Below are positions 19,682 to 31,926 of a DNA stretch of 64,000 bases, piece by piece. The stretch is from the NCBI GenBank assembly GCA_963843795.1, contig CAWJLW010000006.1:3298375-3362374 (forward strand). The letters run 5' to 3'. The translations under genes and the position numbers were made by a program. The stretch comes from an uncultured bacterium (GTDB lineage Bacteria; Armatimonadota; Abditibacteriia; Abditibacteriales; Abditibacteriaceae). The notes under the pieces were generated by a model that saw nothing but the letters and a program-made list of their open reading frames with translations, was not told the DNA's origin and did no database searches. Numbering within the stretch: the stretch's first letter is position 1; the number at the start of each line of letters is the position of its first letter.

Positions 19682-20143
19682 TCAGCGCGTAGCCGTCGCC
19701 AACAAAGCTGAGCCGTTTCCCCGCTCGCCTTCCTCGCGCGAATTGGATGCCACGCGCGCTTTTCGCGGTGCGCGTGCGCCACTATTGCGAATACCGCCCC
19801 GCACGAAATTCAATTCCGGCACGCCATCGTTTTCGGTGCGCGTATCAATGCGCGCCAGTCGATCTAAGATGCGCCCGATGTGTTCCGGCTCTGTCATATC
19901 ACTTTGCGATGGTAACGAAGCGCGACGCATTTCGGCGCGCAGGTCATTCAAACGAACGCGTGCGGCTTCGCGCGCCATCTGGCGGCGAAATTCCTGCTCG
20001 CTTTCAATTTTGACCAAAACGCGTTCTTCATCGCACATTTCGCGCAGCGCACGGCGCGCTTCCCACCACATACACAGCAAAAATAATCCCATCAAGCCCG
20101 ACATCACCAACACACAAACCGTTTGTTCTGAAATTGTCGTCAT
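19682..20143 (-). CDS. Hypothetical membrane-anchored coiled-coil protein
   Basis: GAGGAG Shine-Dalgarno; N-terminal transmembrane helix then a charged helix. Confidence 0.6.
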   Translation of the reverse strand: MTTISEQTVCVLVMSGLMGLFLLCMWWEARRALREMCDEERVLVKIESEQEFRRQMAREAARVRLNDLRAEMRRASLPSQSDMTEPEHIGRILDRLARIDTRTENDGVPELNFVRGGIRNSGARAPRKARVASNSREEGERGNGSALLATATR

Positions 20144-20220
20144 CGCGATTCTCCTCGCCCTGTTCAAATTTTGCACAAATCAGCATCGTCTCACTCAAAC
20201 CAATGAAACCGACGCAATTG

Positions 20221-20249
20221 ATTATAGCGGGTTCAGTGCGAGTTGTCAT
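20221..20249 (-). promoter_or_regulatory. Sigma70-type promoter for the 20143 gene and the AAA ATPase
   Basis: ATGACA-17bp-TATAAT on the minus strand. Confidence 0.55.
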
Positions 20250-20285
20250 CGTTTTCATCGGTTCGAGTGAAAATATTTTTTGCTG

Positions 20286-21017
20286 TCAAAATTTGAGATT
20301 CCACTCAGGGTTCAGATAACGCTCTCTCAATAACTTTTGCATCCGTTCATCAGGAAATTGCTCGAAGTGGCCGTGTGCATTCCATTCTGTGATAAGCGCA
20401 TCTTTAATTTTCTGTCGCGTCAGCGGAAGTGTGGTCAAAAATTCGGTGTGAGTGCGATGAGCACGATATTCGGGCTGGCGCGCGGGCAGTTGGAGAGTTT
20501 GCGCGAGGAGTTCGGATGGTAAATCGAGCAGGAACGTGCCGTGAAAAAGCGTGAATCGGCGTTTTCGACGTTGGGCATTACCGGAGAATTTGCAATTATC
20601 AAGTGTTAAATCAGTCGTGCCCTGCACATGAATTCGATTTCCCATTTCGCCGGCAAGTACTTGCAAAAGGGCACTTCGCTGGCGCGCCATGATATAAGCG
20701 TTGCTTTCCGAAACAGTTTGCAGTTCAGCGTGCGCGGCGATTTCTAAAACCAGCGCGTAATTGAAACTGCCCGGACCTTGCAGCACGGTTCCACCGCCGG
20801 AAACGCGGCGCAGAATGGGAATGTTCAAACTGCGACAATTTTCGCGCTGAGTTTCGGTTTCAATGGAGTTGGTGTAGCCCAACGCGACGAATGGGACGGT
20901 AGATTCCCAAAAACGCAGAATTTCGCCGCAGTCGCTAACTTCGGCAAGTTCCAGCAAAGTTTCATCGGCGGCGAGATTTTCTTCTGGTGTGTCGAAAGTG
21001 CGCTCGAAAATTAGCAT
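20286..21017 (-). CDS. Lipoate-protein ligase A family protein
   Basis: NLAADE, RRVSGGGTV, KFSGNAQ, HGTFL. Confidence 0.9.
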   Translation of the reverse strand: MLIFERTFDTPEENLAADETLLELAEVSDCGEILRFWESTVPFVALGYTNSIETETQRENCRSLNIPILRRVSGGGTVLQGPGSFNYALVLEIAAHAELQTVSESNAYIMARQRSALLQVLAGEMGNRIHVQGTTDLTLDNCKFSGNAQRRKRRFTLFHGTFLLDLPSELLAQTLQLPARQPEYRAHRTHTEFLTTLPLTRQKIKDALITEWNAHGHFEQFPDERMQKLLRERYLNPEWNLKF

Positions 21018-21089
21018 AAGCGTTCAAACAGCAAAAAGCGCGCTGCAAGTACTGCGCAAGTACTTGCAGCGCGCTTTTTCGCACTGATT

Positions 21090-22481
21090 TTAAATATGAA
21101 GAGCGCGCTTATCGACGGCGAGCGCGGCTTCGTGCAAGGCTTCGCTAAGGGTGGGATGCGCGTGACAGGTACGTGCGATGTCTTCGCTGCTCGCGCCAAA
21201 TTCCATCGCGGCGACGGCTTCGGCGATCAAATCGCCCGCGCGCGGGCCGATGATGTGAACGCCCAAAACGCGGTCGGTTTCTTTATCGGCCAGAATTTTG
21301 ACCCGGCCTTGAGTGTGGCCAATGCAGCGTGCGCGGCCATTGGCCGAGAACGGAAAAATGCCTTTATTATATTCAATGCCCGCTTCTTTCAACTGGTCTT
21401 CGCTTTTGCCGACCGTCGCCACTTCGGGCTCTGTGTACATAATGCCGGGAATCGTGTCGTAGTTAACATGACCATAACCGCCCGCAATGAGTTCGACACA
21501 CGCGACGCCTTCTTCGGTCGCTTTATGGGCCAGCATAGGGCCGACGACCACATCACCAATTGCATAAATACCTTGCAAATTGGTTTCGAAACGCTCGTTG
21601 ATGACAACGCGCCCGCGCTCATCGGTTTCAAGGCTGATCGTGTCCAAGCCCAGACCTTCGGTGTTGGGCGCGCGGCCCACGCAAAGCAGAACTTTATCGG
21701 CGCTAATCGGATCGTCGCCTTCAAGTTCGACAAGAGCTTTGCCATTCTCCACGCGCGCACCTAGCACTTTGGTTCCCAGCTTGAAAGTCAGACCTTGGCC
21801 TTGAAAAACCTTCAAGGCTTCAGCGGCCATCTCGCTGTCCATACCGGGCAAAATGCGCGGCAGATATTCCAACACTGTAACTTGCGCGCCCAATCGGCGC
21901 CACACACTGCCCAATTCCAAACCGATATAACCCGCGCCAATTACAATCAAATGCTCCGGCACTTCGCTATAAGATAGCGCATCGGTGCTGGTGCCGATGG
22001 TGTCGCCATCAAGTTCGACGCCTTTGAGTTGCGCGGTCACGCTGCCGGTCGCGATGATGATGTGATCGGCTTCAATTTCCTGAGCTTCGCTGCCATCGCC
22101 ATCGGCAAGTACTTGCACCGTGTGCGGAGAAGTGAACTGGCCGGTTCCACGATAGCGTGTAATTTTGTTTTTCTTGAACAGAAAATCGATGCCTTTGGTA
22201 TTGGCTTCCACGACTTCGGTTTTGCGCGCCATCATACGACCCAAATCGAACGAAATTTCATTCGCTGTGATGCCGTGTTCTTTGAGTTCGTGTTGCGCTT
22301 CGTGCAAACGTTCGCTCGATTCGAGCAGCGCTTTGGAGGGAATGCAGCCAACGCGCACACAAGTTCCACCCAGAACCGGCTCTTTTTCAATCACGCCGAC
22401 GTTCATGCCCAACTGCGCGGCGCGAATCGCGGCGGGATAACCCGCCGGGCCGCCACCGATAATTAATAAATCGTGTTTCAT
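21090..22481 (-). CDS. lpdA: Dihydrolipoyl dehydrogenase (E3)
   Basis: GGGPAGY, GGTCVRVGCIPSK, HAHPTLSE. Confidence 0.96.
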   Translation of the reverse strand: MKHDLLIIGGGPAGYPAAIRAAQLGMNVGVIEKEPVLGGTCVRVGCIPSKALLESSERLHEAQHELKEHGITANEISFDLGRMMARKTEVVEANTKGIDFLFKKNKITRYRGTGQFTSPHTVQVLADGDGSEAQEIEADHIIIATGSVTAQLKGVELDGDTIGTSTDALSYSEVPEHLIVIGAGYIGLELGSVWRRLGAQVTVLEYLPRILPGMDSEMAAEALKVFQGQGLTFKLGTKVLGARVENGKALVELEGDDPISADKVLLCVGRAPNTEGLGLDTISLETDERGRVVINERFETNLQGIYAIGDVVVGPMLAHKATEEGVACVELIAGGYGHVNYDTIPGIMYTEPEVATVGKSEDQLKEAGIEYNKGIFPFSANGRARCIGHTQGRVKILADKETDRVLGVHIIGPRAGDLIAEAVAAMEFGASSEDIARTCHAHPTLSEALHEAALAVDKRALHI

Positions 22482-22629
22482 AAAGGTTTATACAAATAAA
22501 AATAACCGCAAAAAACGCAAAGAAGGCAAAGATTTGAGAAAGTTTGAGTCACGTCTCACTGCAAGTACTTGCAGGCTCAGTGATCTTCTTTGTCCTTTGC
22601 AGCCTTTGTGTTCTTTGCGGTTTTGTCAA

Positions 22630-23970
22630 TTACGCTTCAACTAACATTCGCGTCGGATTTTCAATGCATTCTTTAATGCGCATCAAAAAGCCCACCGCTT
22701 CGCGCCCATCAACAATACGGTGGTCATACGTCAGCGCGACATACATCATCGGACGAATCACGACTTGACCGTCTAAGGCAATAGGACGCTGTTGAATAGT
22801 GTGCATGCCCAAAATGCCCGACTGCGGCGCGTTGACAATCGGCGTCGAAAGCAGCGAGCCGTAAACGCCACCATTAGTGATAGTGAAAGTGCCGCCCATC
22901 AATTCGTGCGGTTTCAAAGCATTGGCACGCGCGCGCTTGGCGAACTCGCCGATGCCGACTTCAATTTCAGAAAAACTCATGTGCTCGGCGCGCTTCAAAA
23001 CCGGAACGACCAAGCCCTTGCCGCCGCCAATCGCTACGCCGATATCATAGTGATTGCGATAAACGATGTTAGTGCCGCGAATTTCGGCGTTGATGCCGGG
23101 ATACATTTTCAACGCATCGACTGCGGCTTTGATGAAAAACGACATGAAGCCTAATTTCACTTCATATTTCTTGGTGAACGCGTCCTGCATTTCCTTGCGA
23201 ATTTGCATCACGTTCGTCATGTCAATTTCGTTGAAAGTCGTTAGCAGCGCCGCGTTTTGCTGCGCATTGACTAAATGCTCAGAAATTTTGCGGCGCAACA
23301 TCGTCATCGGCACGACATCTTCATCGGCACCCGCGACCACTGGTTCTTCGCTTACTGGTGCGATTTTATTCAATGGCGCGGCAGTAGGAACCTGCAACGC
23401 AGATGATTCGGCTCCAGAAGTTGTAGCATTTTGAGTATTCGTATTTTGGGCAACAGCGCTTTGCGCGACTGCATTCTGCGCATCGGATTTGGTAATGCGG
23501 CCACCTGGCCCGCTGCCTCCAACATTTTCGGCGCTCGCCCCGTTTTCGCTGAGAACGCGCTGCGCCGAAGGCATCACGAAACCACCGGTTTTGCCAGTAG
23601 CTTCAGACGGCTTTTCGCCCGTTTCGGGAGCGCCATTAGCTTCGGCCTCAGCGGATGGAGAACTGTTGGAATCGCTTGTAGACACGCGCGCAGTCTGAGC
23701 CGCGCCATCGGCAGAAGAGCCAGCAGCGCCGCTACCGGCTTCGAGTAAAGCGATAACGTCACCGACGTTAGCAATTTCTCCGGCGTTTTTGATGATTTTA
23801 CTGATGGTGCCGCTTTGGGGCGCGGGCACTTCAACGGTGGTTTTTTCCGTATCCAGCGTAGCGATGGTTTCATCGACCTGCACGCTATCGCCTTCGTTCT
23901 TGAGCCACTCGCCGATCTGCACTTCTGTAATCGACTCGCCCACCGAGGGCACCTTCAATTCAATCGCCAT
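22630..23970 (-). CDS. sucB: 2-oxoglutarate dehydrogenase E2 (dihydrolipoamide succinyltransferase)
   Basis: Lipoyl domain [31 protein letters not shown]. Confidence 0.95.
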   Translation of the reverse strand: MAIELKVPSVGESITEVQIGEWLKNEGDSVQVDETIATLDTEKTTVEVPAPQSGTISKIIKNAGEIANVGDVIALLEAGSGAAGSSADGAAQTARVSTSDSNSSPSAEAEANGAPETGEKPSEATGKTGGFVMPSAQRVLSENGASAENVGGSGPGGRITKSDAQNAVAQSAVAQNTNTQNATTSGAESSALQVPTAAPLNKIAPVSEEPVVAGADEDVVPMTMLRRKISEHLVNAQQNAALLTTFNEIDMTNVMQIRKEMQDAFTKKYEVKLGFMSFFIKAAVDALKMYPGINAEIRGTNIVYRNHYDIGVAIGGGKGLVVPVLKRAEHMSFSEIEVGIGEFAKRARANALKPHELMGGTFTITNGGVYGSLLSTPIVNAPQSGILGMHTIQQRPIALDGQVVIRPMMYVALTYDHRIVDGREAVGFLMRIKECIENPTRMLVEA

Positions 23971-24132
23971 GACATTTCCTTTGTACGCTGGCCGCAATCG
24001 CTGCGGCATTTCCTATTTTGGGCGGCAAGTGCGTGCGGCAAGTACTTGCGGAGCGCAATTTATCGTAAATCTTCCTGTATTTAAAATGCGAGAACAACGG
24101 CAAGCACTCATCGCGAGTACTTGCTGTTGTTC

Positions 24133-27100
24133 TTATGCAGCTTCGTTGTCTTTGCTACGACGTTTCTCGAAGGCTTCTTTCAACAAAATTTCTTGCTCTT
24201 TTTTGTGCGATGCGCCCGAACCCGTTGCCGGACTTGCTGATTCGGGACGCGAGACACCTTCAAACGGATGCGTTTCGTAACATCTTCTGCCCGAACATCA
24301 CTTTCATGAAACGCCAAGCGCCCATGTTGCGCGCTTCTTCCTGCACCCAGCGCACCGGGACGCGTGGCTCGTAATCTTGCAACGCCACTTTCAATTCCTC
24401 GTGCGGAAAAGGATACAACTGTTCGATGCGCAGAATCGCCACGTCATTGCGTTCCAATTCTTCGCGCTTTTTGTCCAATTCGTAATAGATTTTGCCCGAA
24501 CACAGCAGCACCTGCTTAACTCTGGTCGCATCGACCGAATTATCGGGAATCACGCGCTGAAAACGGCCCTGCGCCAGCTCGTCCAAATCCGACACGCATT
24601 CCAGATGGCGCAGCAAAGATTTGGGTGACATCACAACCAGCGGTTTACGCCATTTGCCCACAACCTGACGCCGCAGCAGATGAAAATATTGCGCGGGTGT
24701 CGTCGGATAGCAAATCTGCATATTATCTTGCGCCGCTAAAGCCAGAAAGCGCTCCAGTCGCGCGCTCGAATGTTCCGGCCCCATACCTTCCATTCCGTGT
24801 GGCAGCAGCAGCGTGATGCCGCTGAGATGGAACCATTTGTCTTCGGCGCTCGAAATGAACTGATCGACAATGACTTGCGCGCAGTTCCAAAAGTCGCCGA
24901 ATTGCGCTTCCCATAACGTCAGACCGTCCAGAGCATCCAGCGAATACCCGTATTCAAAGCCCAAAACACCGATTTCAGAAAGCGGCGAATTATAAATCTC
25001 CAAGCGCGCCTGCGTGTCGCTGAGATTGCGCAATGGCATATAGGTTTCGTCGGTTTCGATGTCGTGCAAAACCGAATGGCGATGCGAAAAAGTGCCACGC
25101 TCGCTATCCTGTCCGCTCAAACGCACCGGAACGCCTGCGACTGATAAGCTGGCAAAGGCCAGCGCTTCGGCATTGGCCCAGTTCAGCGGCTGCTCGCCGC
25201 GCGCCATTGCCTCACGCGCCTGCAGGACGCGTTGCAATTGCTTGTGCAAAGTGAAACCATTCGGCACTTGCGCCATGCTTTCCAGCAGTTCGACCAGCTT
25301 TTCGCGCGGCACGCGGGTATCGCAATCCTCAATGTCGGCTTCGTCGCCGCCCGTGTAACCGCCCCAGGTCGTGCGCATATGGCTGGGACGCGGCTGATCG
25401 GCTTCGCGCGCGCGATTGAGTTCGGCATCCAATTGTTCGCGCCGCCGCGTTTCGATGTTGTCGGCTTCTTCGCGCGACACTTCGTTCATTTGCAACAAGC
25501 GGTCGAGATACGCTTCGCGCACTGGTTTGCGCGCCGCAATCGCGCGATACAAACGTGGTTGGGTGAAAGCGGGCTCGTCGGTTTCGTTGTGGCCCAATTT
25601 GCGATAGCAATACATATCAATCACGACATCGCGCTTGAACTGATTGCGAAAATCCATCGCCAGCTTCACAACTTGCGCGACCGCTTCGGGGTCTTCGCCG
25701 TTGACGTGAAAAATCGGGCTTTGCAGCATTTTCGCGACATCGGTGCAATACGTTGTCGAGCGCGCCTCTTGCGGGCCGGTTGTGAAACCGATCTGGTTAT
25801 TGACAATAATATGCAGCGTGCCACCGGTTTTGTAGCCCGGCAACTGCGACATATTTAAGGTCTCCTGCACGACGCCTTCGCCCGCGAAAGCCGCATCGCC
25901 GTGAATGAGAATTGTCATGCCACGTTCGCGCTGTTCGTCGTTCATGCGGTCTTGCTTGGCGCGCAGACGGCCCAGCGCGACCGGATTAACATACTCGAGA
26001 TGGCTCGGATTAAAGCACAGCGACAGATGCACGCGATGACCAGACGAGGTTTCGAAATCGTTGACGTAACCCAGATGATATTTCACATCGCCGCGCCCGA
26101 GCATTAAATCGGGATCGGTATCGGCGAATTCGCGGAAAATTTCGTGCGGACTTTTGCCAATGATATTGGCGAGCACGTTCAAACGTCCGCGATGCGCCAT
26201 GCCCATCACAATTTCCTGAATGCCCTGCTCGCCTGCTTCTTCAATCGCCAAATCAAGCAGCGGAATCAAAGATTCCGCGCCTTCAAGAGAAAAGCTCTTG
26301 GCACCAACGAACTTGCGACGAATAAATTCTTCAAACGCGACCGCATCGGTCAAGCGCGTGAGAATACGAATCTGTTCCTTGCGCGACAATTCCAAACGGT
26401 TCTGCGAGGTTTCCATGCGTTCTTGCAGCCATTCGCGCACATCAAGATCGTCGATGTGCATGAATTGCACGCCGATGGAACGGCAGTAGGTATTACGCAG
26501 GGTTTCGACAATATCATGCAACGACATTTGGCGCGTCAGCCCGGTATCGTTGGGCAGATAAATGTCGTTGTGGCGAATGACATAAGCGAAATCGCGGTGC
26601 ATATATTCCGGCGTAAGGCCGTAATATTCGGGATCGAGTTCTTCGGGATACGGGCGCGGCAAGTCTAGCGGGTCGAGATGCGCGACTAGATGGCCCAGCA
26701 CGCGATGCGCGCGCACCAAACGCGAAACGCGCTGTTGCAGCGATTTGGTATCGGCGCGCGAAGCAGCCATTTCTTCGATTTGTGCTTGCAATCGCGGCGA
26801 AATTTGCGTCGAGGCCGAAGCGCCATTGGAAACCGCCGCATCGCTGGAAACGCCACCGAACACGCTCGCGGGCTTAAAGTTGGGGCCGATGCGAAAATGG
26901 CCGTTGCCATTGGCGTGACCATTCGAGGTCGCGTCGCCGTTGACGGAGGTGTCGCCGTTGAAAGCGATGTCATCGTGCTTTTCAGGATTGCGTAGAAAAG
27001 CCTGATGAGCGGTGGGTTCGAGAGCGGCGAAATACTGCTGCCATTCTTCGGATACCGATTCGGGATTGTCTAAAAATTCGGCATAAAGCGCTTCGATGAA

Positions 27101-27145
27101 CGACAGGCTCAGCGAATGCGGTAGTTGGCTATTGTGTTCGGTCAT
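24133..27145 (-). CDS. sucA: 2-oxoglutarate dehydrogenase E1, with a +1 frameshift near 24279 (probably a sequence error)
   Basis: GMAHRGRLN, HGDAAF, WEAQFGDF. The conserved tail SRPESASPATGSGASHKKEQ continues in another frame to TAA at 24133. Confidence 0.95.
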
Positions 27146-27343
27146 AATTCTTCTCAGCAATCGGCTTTGATTCAAATCAAGAGGCAGTTTACAACACTAA
27201 CCACACAAATTATCGGTGCCTCAAGTACTTTTACAGAAGATTTCTGGGCTCCACACTCCCAACAATCGGCCGTCAACAAAACCATCAACAAAAGTCTGAC
27301 GTTTGATTCCTGCCTAAGCATGCTGCAAGTACTTGCCACACTT

Positions 27344-28414
<1,071 letters not shown>

Positions 28415-28473
28415 TTAATAAACGAAAAGCGCATTGCAAGTACTTGCAACGCGCTTTTGACAGGCAACACAAT

Positions 28474-29532
28474 TTATTTTTTATCCGGCGCGGGTTCGCC
28501 CGAAGGTGCGACGACGGGTTCACCCAGCGCGACAGGAATTGGTAATTTCGGCGTGCCGTCTTCGTTCCAGGTGAACATTTGGGCGCGCGTCGAGCGGTCG
28601 GCGTAGGTATCTTTGGTGCTGCTTTTGGCGTGATAGGCGATCCAATCTTGCGTGCCATCGGGCGATTTGAAGAAGAAATGGTGGCCCGGCCCGTAAACGC
28701 CGTTTTGGTCAACGCGTGCCATCAGCAATTTCGGATATTGCTTCCACGATTCGGGTTTCAACAAATCAGCGCCTTCATCGGCGACGAGCATACTCAGCCG
28801 ATAATCGGGCGTCGAAGCGCCGCACATTGAATAAGTCAGAAAAATGCGCCCGTTTCTCTGCAACACTTCCGGGCCTTCGCGTACTACATCGCAGCCAAAA
28901 CCATCAGCATTGAGATAAGTGCGCGCGCCGGTCAAAGTCCACGGATTGGTCATGCGTTGAATATACAAACCCTGACCGGTCGGACTCGGGCGACCGCACC
29001 ACACCATATACAAATCGCCGTTGGCCAGCTTCAAAATGTTGCCATCGATGGCGTAATGTTTGTCTTCTGGGTCTGTGCGCAGCTGCGCTTTGAAAGTGTA
29101 AGGCCCGAGCGGGTCGGTGCCCGCGCTTTCGCAGACATACATGCGATGGTTGTTATCGGCTTTGCCATCGGCAGCAGTGTAATAGAGATACCAGCGCGGG
29201 CCGTTGCCGCTATCCAAAAGATGAAATTCCGCCGCCCACATATCGCGAAAACGTGTCGGCGTGTCGTCTTTCCAAACCTGCACATCAGCAGCAGTTTTCA
29301 AATCATTCAAGCGGCGCGCGCGGCGCAAACGCACATCAACCGCCGTTGTAGTCGAGAGATAATACCAGCCCTCGTGAAAAAACAAACACGGATCGGCACC
29401 TTCGGTTTTCAAGGGATTAGTGAAAGTGGGAGCGTTTGGTTTCATAGCGGGTTGAGTGTTTTGAGCGCAGGCGGGCAAAATCGAAAGCAGCGACAAAGCG
29501 AGAAGTTGGGCCGCGCGACGTAAAAAATTCAT
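28474..29532 (-). CDS. GH43 glycoside hydrolase (arabinofuranosidase-like), exported
   Basis: GADP, WAAEFH, AIDG, EGP, YGPGHH. Confidence 0.9.
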   Translation of the reverse strand: MNFLRRAAQLLALSLLSILPACAQNTQPAMKPNAPTFTNPLKTEGADPCLFFHEGWYYLSTTTAVDVRLRRARRLNDLKTAADVQVWKDDTPTRFRDMWAAEFHLLDSGNGPRWYLYYTAADGKADNNHRMYVCESAGTDPLGPYTFKAQLRTDPEDKHYAIDGNILKLANGDLYMVWCGRPSPTGQGLYIQRMTNPWTLTGARTYLNADGFGCDVVREGPEVLQRNGRIFLTYSMCGASTPDYRLSMLVADEGADLLKPESWKQYPKLLMARVDQNGVYGPGHHFFFKSPDGTQDWIAYHAKSSTKDTYADRSTRAQMFTWNEDGTPKLPIPVALGEPVVAPSGEPAPDKK

Positions 29533-29690
29533 AGTAATTCCTTTGTGATTTTCCAGAGTTGGCAAATACTTGCCGTGAGGTTTGGTCATTATTGCGACAG
29601 AGAAATTCGCGCCAAGTTGCTTTTTACGTGCTGCAAGTACTTGCAGCTTATCGGCATTGCATCTAAACCTTTGCGGCGAGGTAAATCATT

Positions 29691-30851
29691 ATGGCGAGTT
29701 GTTGGATTGAAGTCGATTTGGGTTGTGTGCGCGAGAATTATCGCGCTTTGAAAACAGTGCTTGGCCCCGAAATCGACATCATCGCCGTCGTCAAAGCCGA
29801 TGCTTACGGTTTGGGCGCACTCGAAACGGGTCGCGTTTTAAGCGAAGAAGGCGCGCGTTATCTCGCCGTCACACGCATCGAAGAAGCGCAAGTTTTGCGG
29901 CAAGGCGGAATTTCCGCACCGATTCTGATGCTTGCGCCCGCGCCGCACGAAGATGTCGATGCGCTTCTGGAACTCGATATTACCGCGTGTTTGAACGCTG
30001 ATGATGACATCGAACAATTGCAAAACGCGGCACAAAGGCACGGCAAAATCGCGCGCTGTGGTTTGAAAATCAATACCGGCATGAATCGTTTCGGCTTCGT
30101 CCCCGGCGAAGCGCCGGACGCCGCGCAACGCATCGCCAGTTCGTCGCATTTACAATTGGAAACGTGCTGGACGCATTTGATGGACGCGGGAGAAACCAAA
30201 CCGCTGCACGTCCACGAACAATACGGACGTTTCGCGCCCTTGATTTCTTCGCTGGGCCGAATTACGGGCTTGACGCCACACGATTTCCACTGCGCTAACT
30301 CTTCGACGATTCTGCGTTTTCCAGCTTTGCGCTTGTCGTGCGTGCGCGCGGGTACGATTTTGTTTGGCCAATTTCCCGGCCCGCAAGCGCGCGTCGCGGG
30401 CGAAAACGCTGGTTTGAAACTGCGCGATCCTTTTGGAGCCAAAGCGCGCGTTCTGGCGTTGCAGAATGTTAAAGCAGGCGACAGCGTGGGCTACGGCGGC
30501 GAATGGACGGCCAAGCGCGCCTCGCGTATTGCAACGCTGGGCATTGGTTTCGCTGATGGCTTGATGCAGCAGCCGCAAACGCGCCCAACTTCTGCAATGA
30601 GCGTTTTAAGCAAAGCCGCGCGGGAAGCGGGCACGCGAATGCTGAAAGGCGCAAATGATGGCACGCGTCGCGTGTGGTGGAACGCGCCGAACGACGAAAA
30701 AAATGTTGCCGCGCAAATCATTGGGCGCGTGGCGATGCAAAGTTGTTTGATTGATGTGACCGATTTACCGCAAATCAAAATCGGCGATGTGTTCTCGGTT
30801 TCTCTACGCCGCACTTCAGCGGGCGCGCATCTTCAGCGCGTTTATCGTTGA
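29691..30851 (+). CDS. alr: Alanine racemase
   Basis: AVVKADAYG, NTGMNRFG, ANS, VGYG, GRVAM. Confidence 0.9.
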   Translation: MASCWIEVDLGCVRENYRALKTVLGPEIDIIAVVKADAYGLGALETGRVLSEEGARYLAVTRIEEAQVLRQGGISAPILMLAPAPHEDVDALLELDITACLNADDDIEQLQNAAQRHGKIARCGLKINTGMNRFGFVPGEAPDAAQRIASSSHLQLETCWTHLMDAGETKPLHVHEQYGRFAPLISSLGRITGLTPHDFHCANSSTILRFPALRLSCVRAGTILFGQFPGPQARVAGENAGLKLRDPFGAKARVLALQNVKAGDSVGYGGEWTAKRASRIATLGIGFADGLMQQPQTRPTSAMSVLSKAAREAGTRMLKGANDGTRRVWWNAPNDEKNVAAQIIGRVAMQSCLIDVTDLPQIKIGDVFSVSLRRTSAGAHLQRVYR

Positions 30852-31030
30852 AAATGTGTGCTGCAAGTACTTGCAGCAATGAGAAGTGAAGTAGGTTCGG
30901 AAACCGAAAAGAAACGTCGTTTTGACTTATGCTTAACGTGCGTGCCGAGCGCTTATGCCACACTTTGAACCGGTCAAGTTGTCACAACCAAACGATAAAG
31001 GCCTTATAAAGAGACAATGTCGCACCCATC

Positions 31031-31912
31031 ATGAAGTCGATTTCTTTTCCTTCTCCGAGTTCGTTTAAGAATGCGCCCGCATCAGAAGTTTCTGCAAGCG
31101 TCGTTGGTGTGGGCGGCGCTGGGGCGTCCGAAATTCGTGCCCTGCGCAGCACGCTGCCGGATATTTATTTCGTCAACACGCCTCCCGAGCGCGTCAATCG
31201 TCACATCGAAATTCTGCGGCAGTTGGGCGATTCGCTTGATGTCGATTCGGGAGATCAGGCGCGTATCATCGACTTTCATCGCGCGCCGGGGCGCGCTTTG
31301 GACGAATGCACTTTTTGTGCTTTTGACGAGGGCGAGCCGGGCCTGCTGGCGAAAATGTGCGGGCTGATGCTGTGGCTTAATCTGCGCGTCCATACCGCTT
31401 TCATTTACACGCTGGACACTGGCAGCGAAGTTTTGCGCGAAGGCGCGCGCCCGATTGCGCTCGATACGTTTTTAATCAGCGAACGCCATTTCGGCATCGA
31501 TCGCGCCTTGAGCCATAAAACCCAAAACCGCCTGAAACAGGAAATCGACGGCTTTTTCAACGGCGCGGAGATCGCTTCCGACTGGTTGTCGCGCGCGCGC
31601 CGCCGGATGTTGTCGCCGGTGCAGATTCATGCACTGCGCTTGGAAAACTTCGCTCATGATGTCAGCACGCGCTTGACTTTGAGCGCCGCTCATGACGATG
31701 GTATTTTGTATCGCATCACGAAATCGTTATCGCAAGTGAAGCTGAATATCCGCGCTGCCCAGATCTCGACTCACGATTCCACCTCCAACGATATTTTCTT
31801 CCTCAGCGACATTCACGGGCAACGCTTGGACGACGCGCAATTGCCAACACTCACCGCGCAACTGCGCGCGCTAATGGAGACCCCAATGGCGTTTGGCCCC
31901 GGCGATTCATGA
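31031..31912 (+). CDS. Stand-alone tandem ACT-domain protein resembling the GlnD C-terminus
   Basis: DEGEPGLLAKMCG...VHTAFIYT; DDGILYRITKSL...NIRAAQIST...DIFFL. Confidence 0.75.
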   Translation: MKSISFPSPSSFKNAPASEVSASVVGVGGAGASEIRALRSTLPDIYFVNTPPERVNRHIEILRQLGDSLDVDSGDQARIIDFHRAPGRALDECTFCAFDEGEPGLLAKMCGLMLWLNLRVHTAFIYTLDTGSEVLREGARPIALDTFLISERHFGIDRALSHKTQNRLKQEIDGFFNGAEIASDWLSRARRRMLSPVQIHALRLENFAHDVSTRLTLSAAHDDGILYRITKSLSQVKLNIRAAQISTHDSTSNDIFFLSDIHGQRLDDAQLPTLTAQLRALMETPMAFGPGDS

Positions 31913-31926
31913 AAATTTCGGCTGAT

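Noticed and set aside
18213..20263. Prophage
   Set aside because: No integrase, att site or structural genes; flanked by housekeeping genes.
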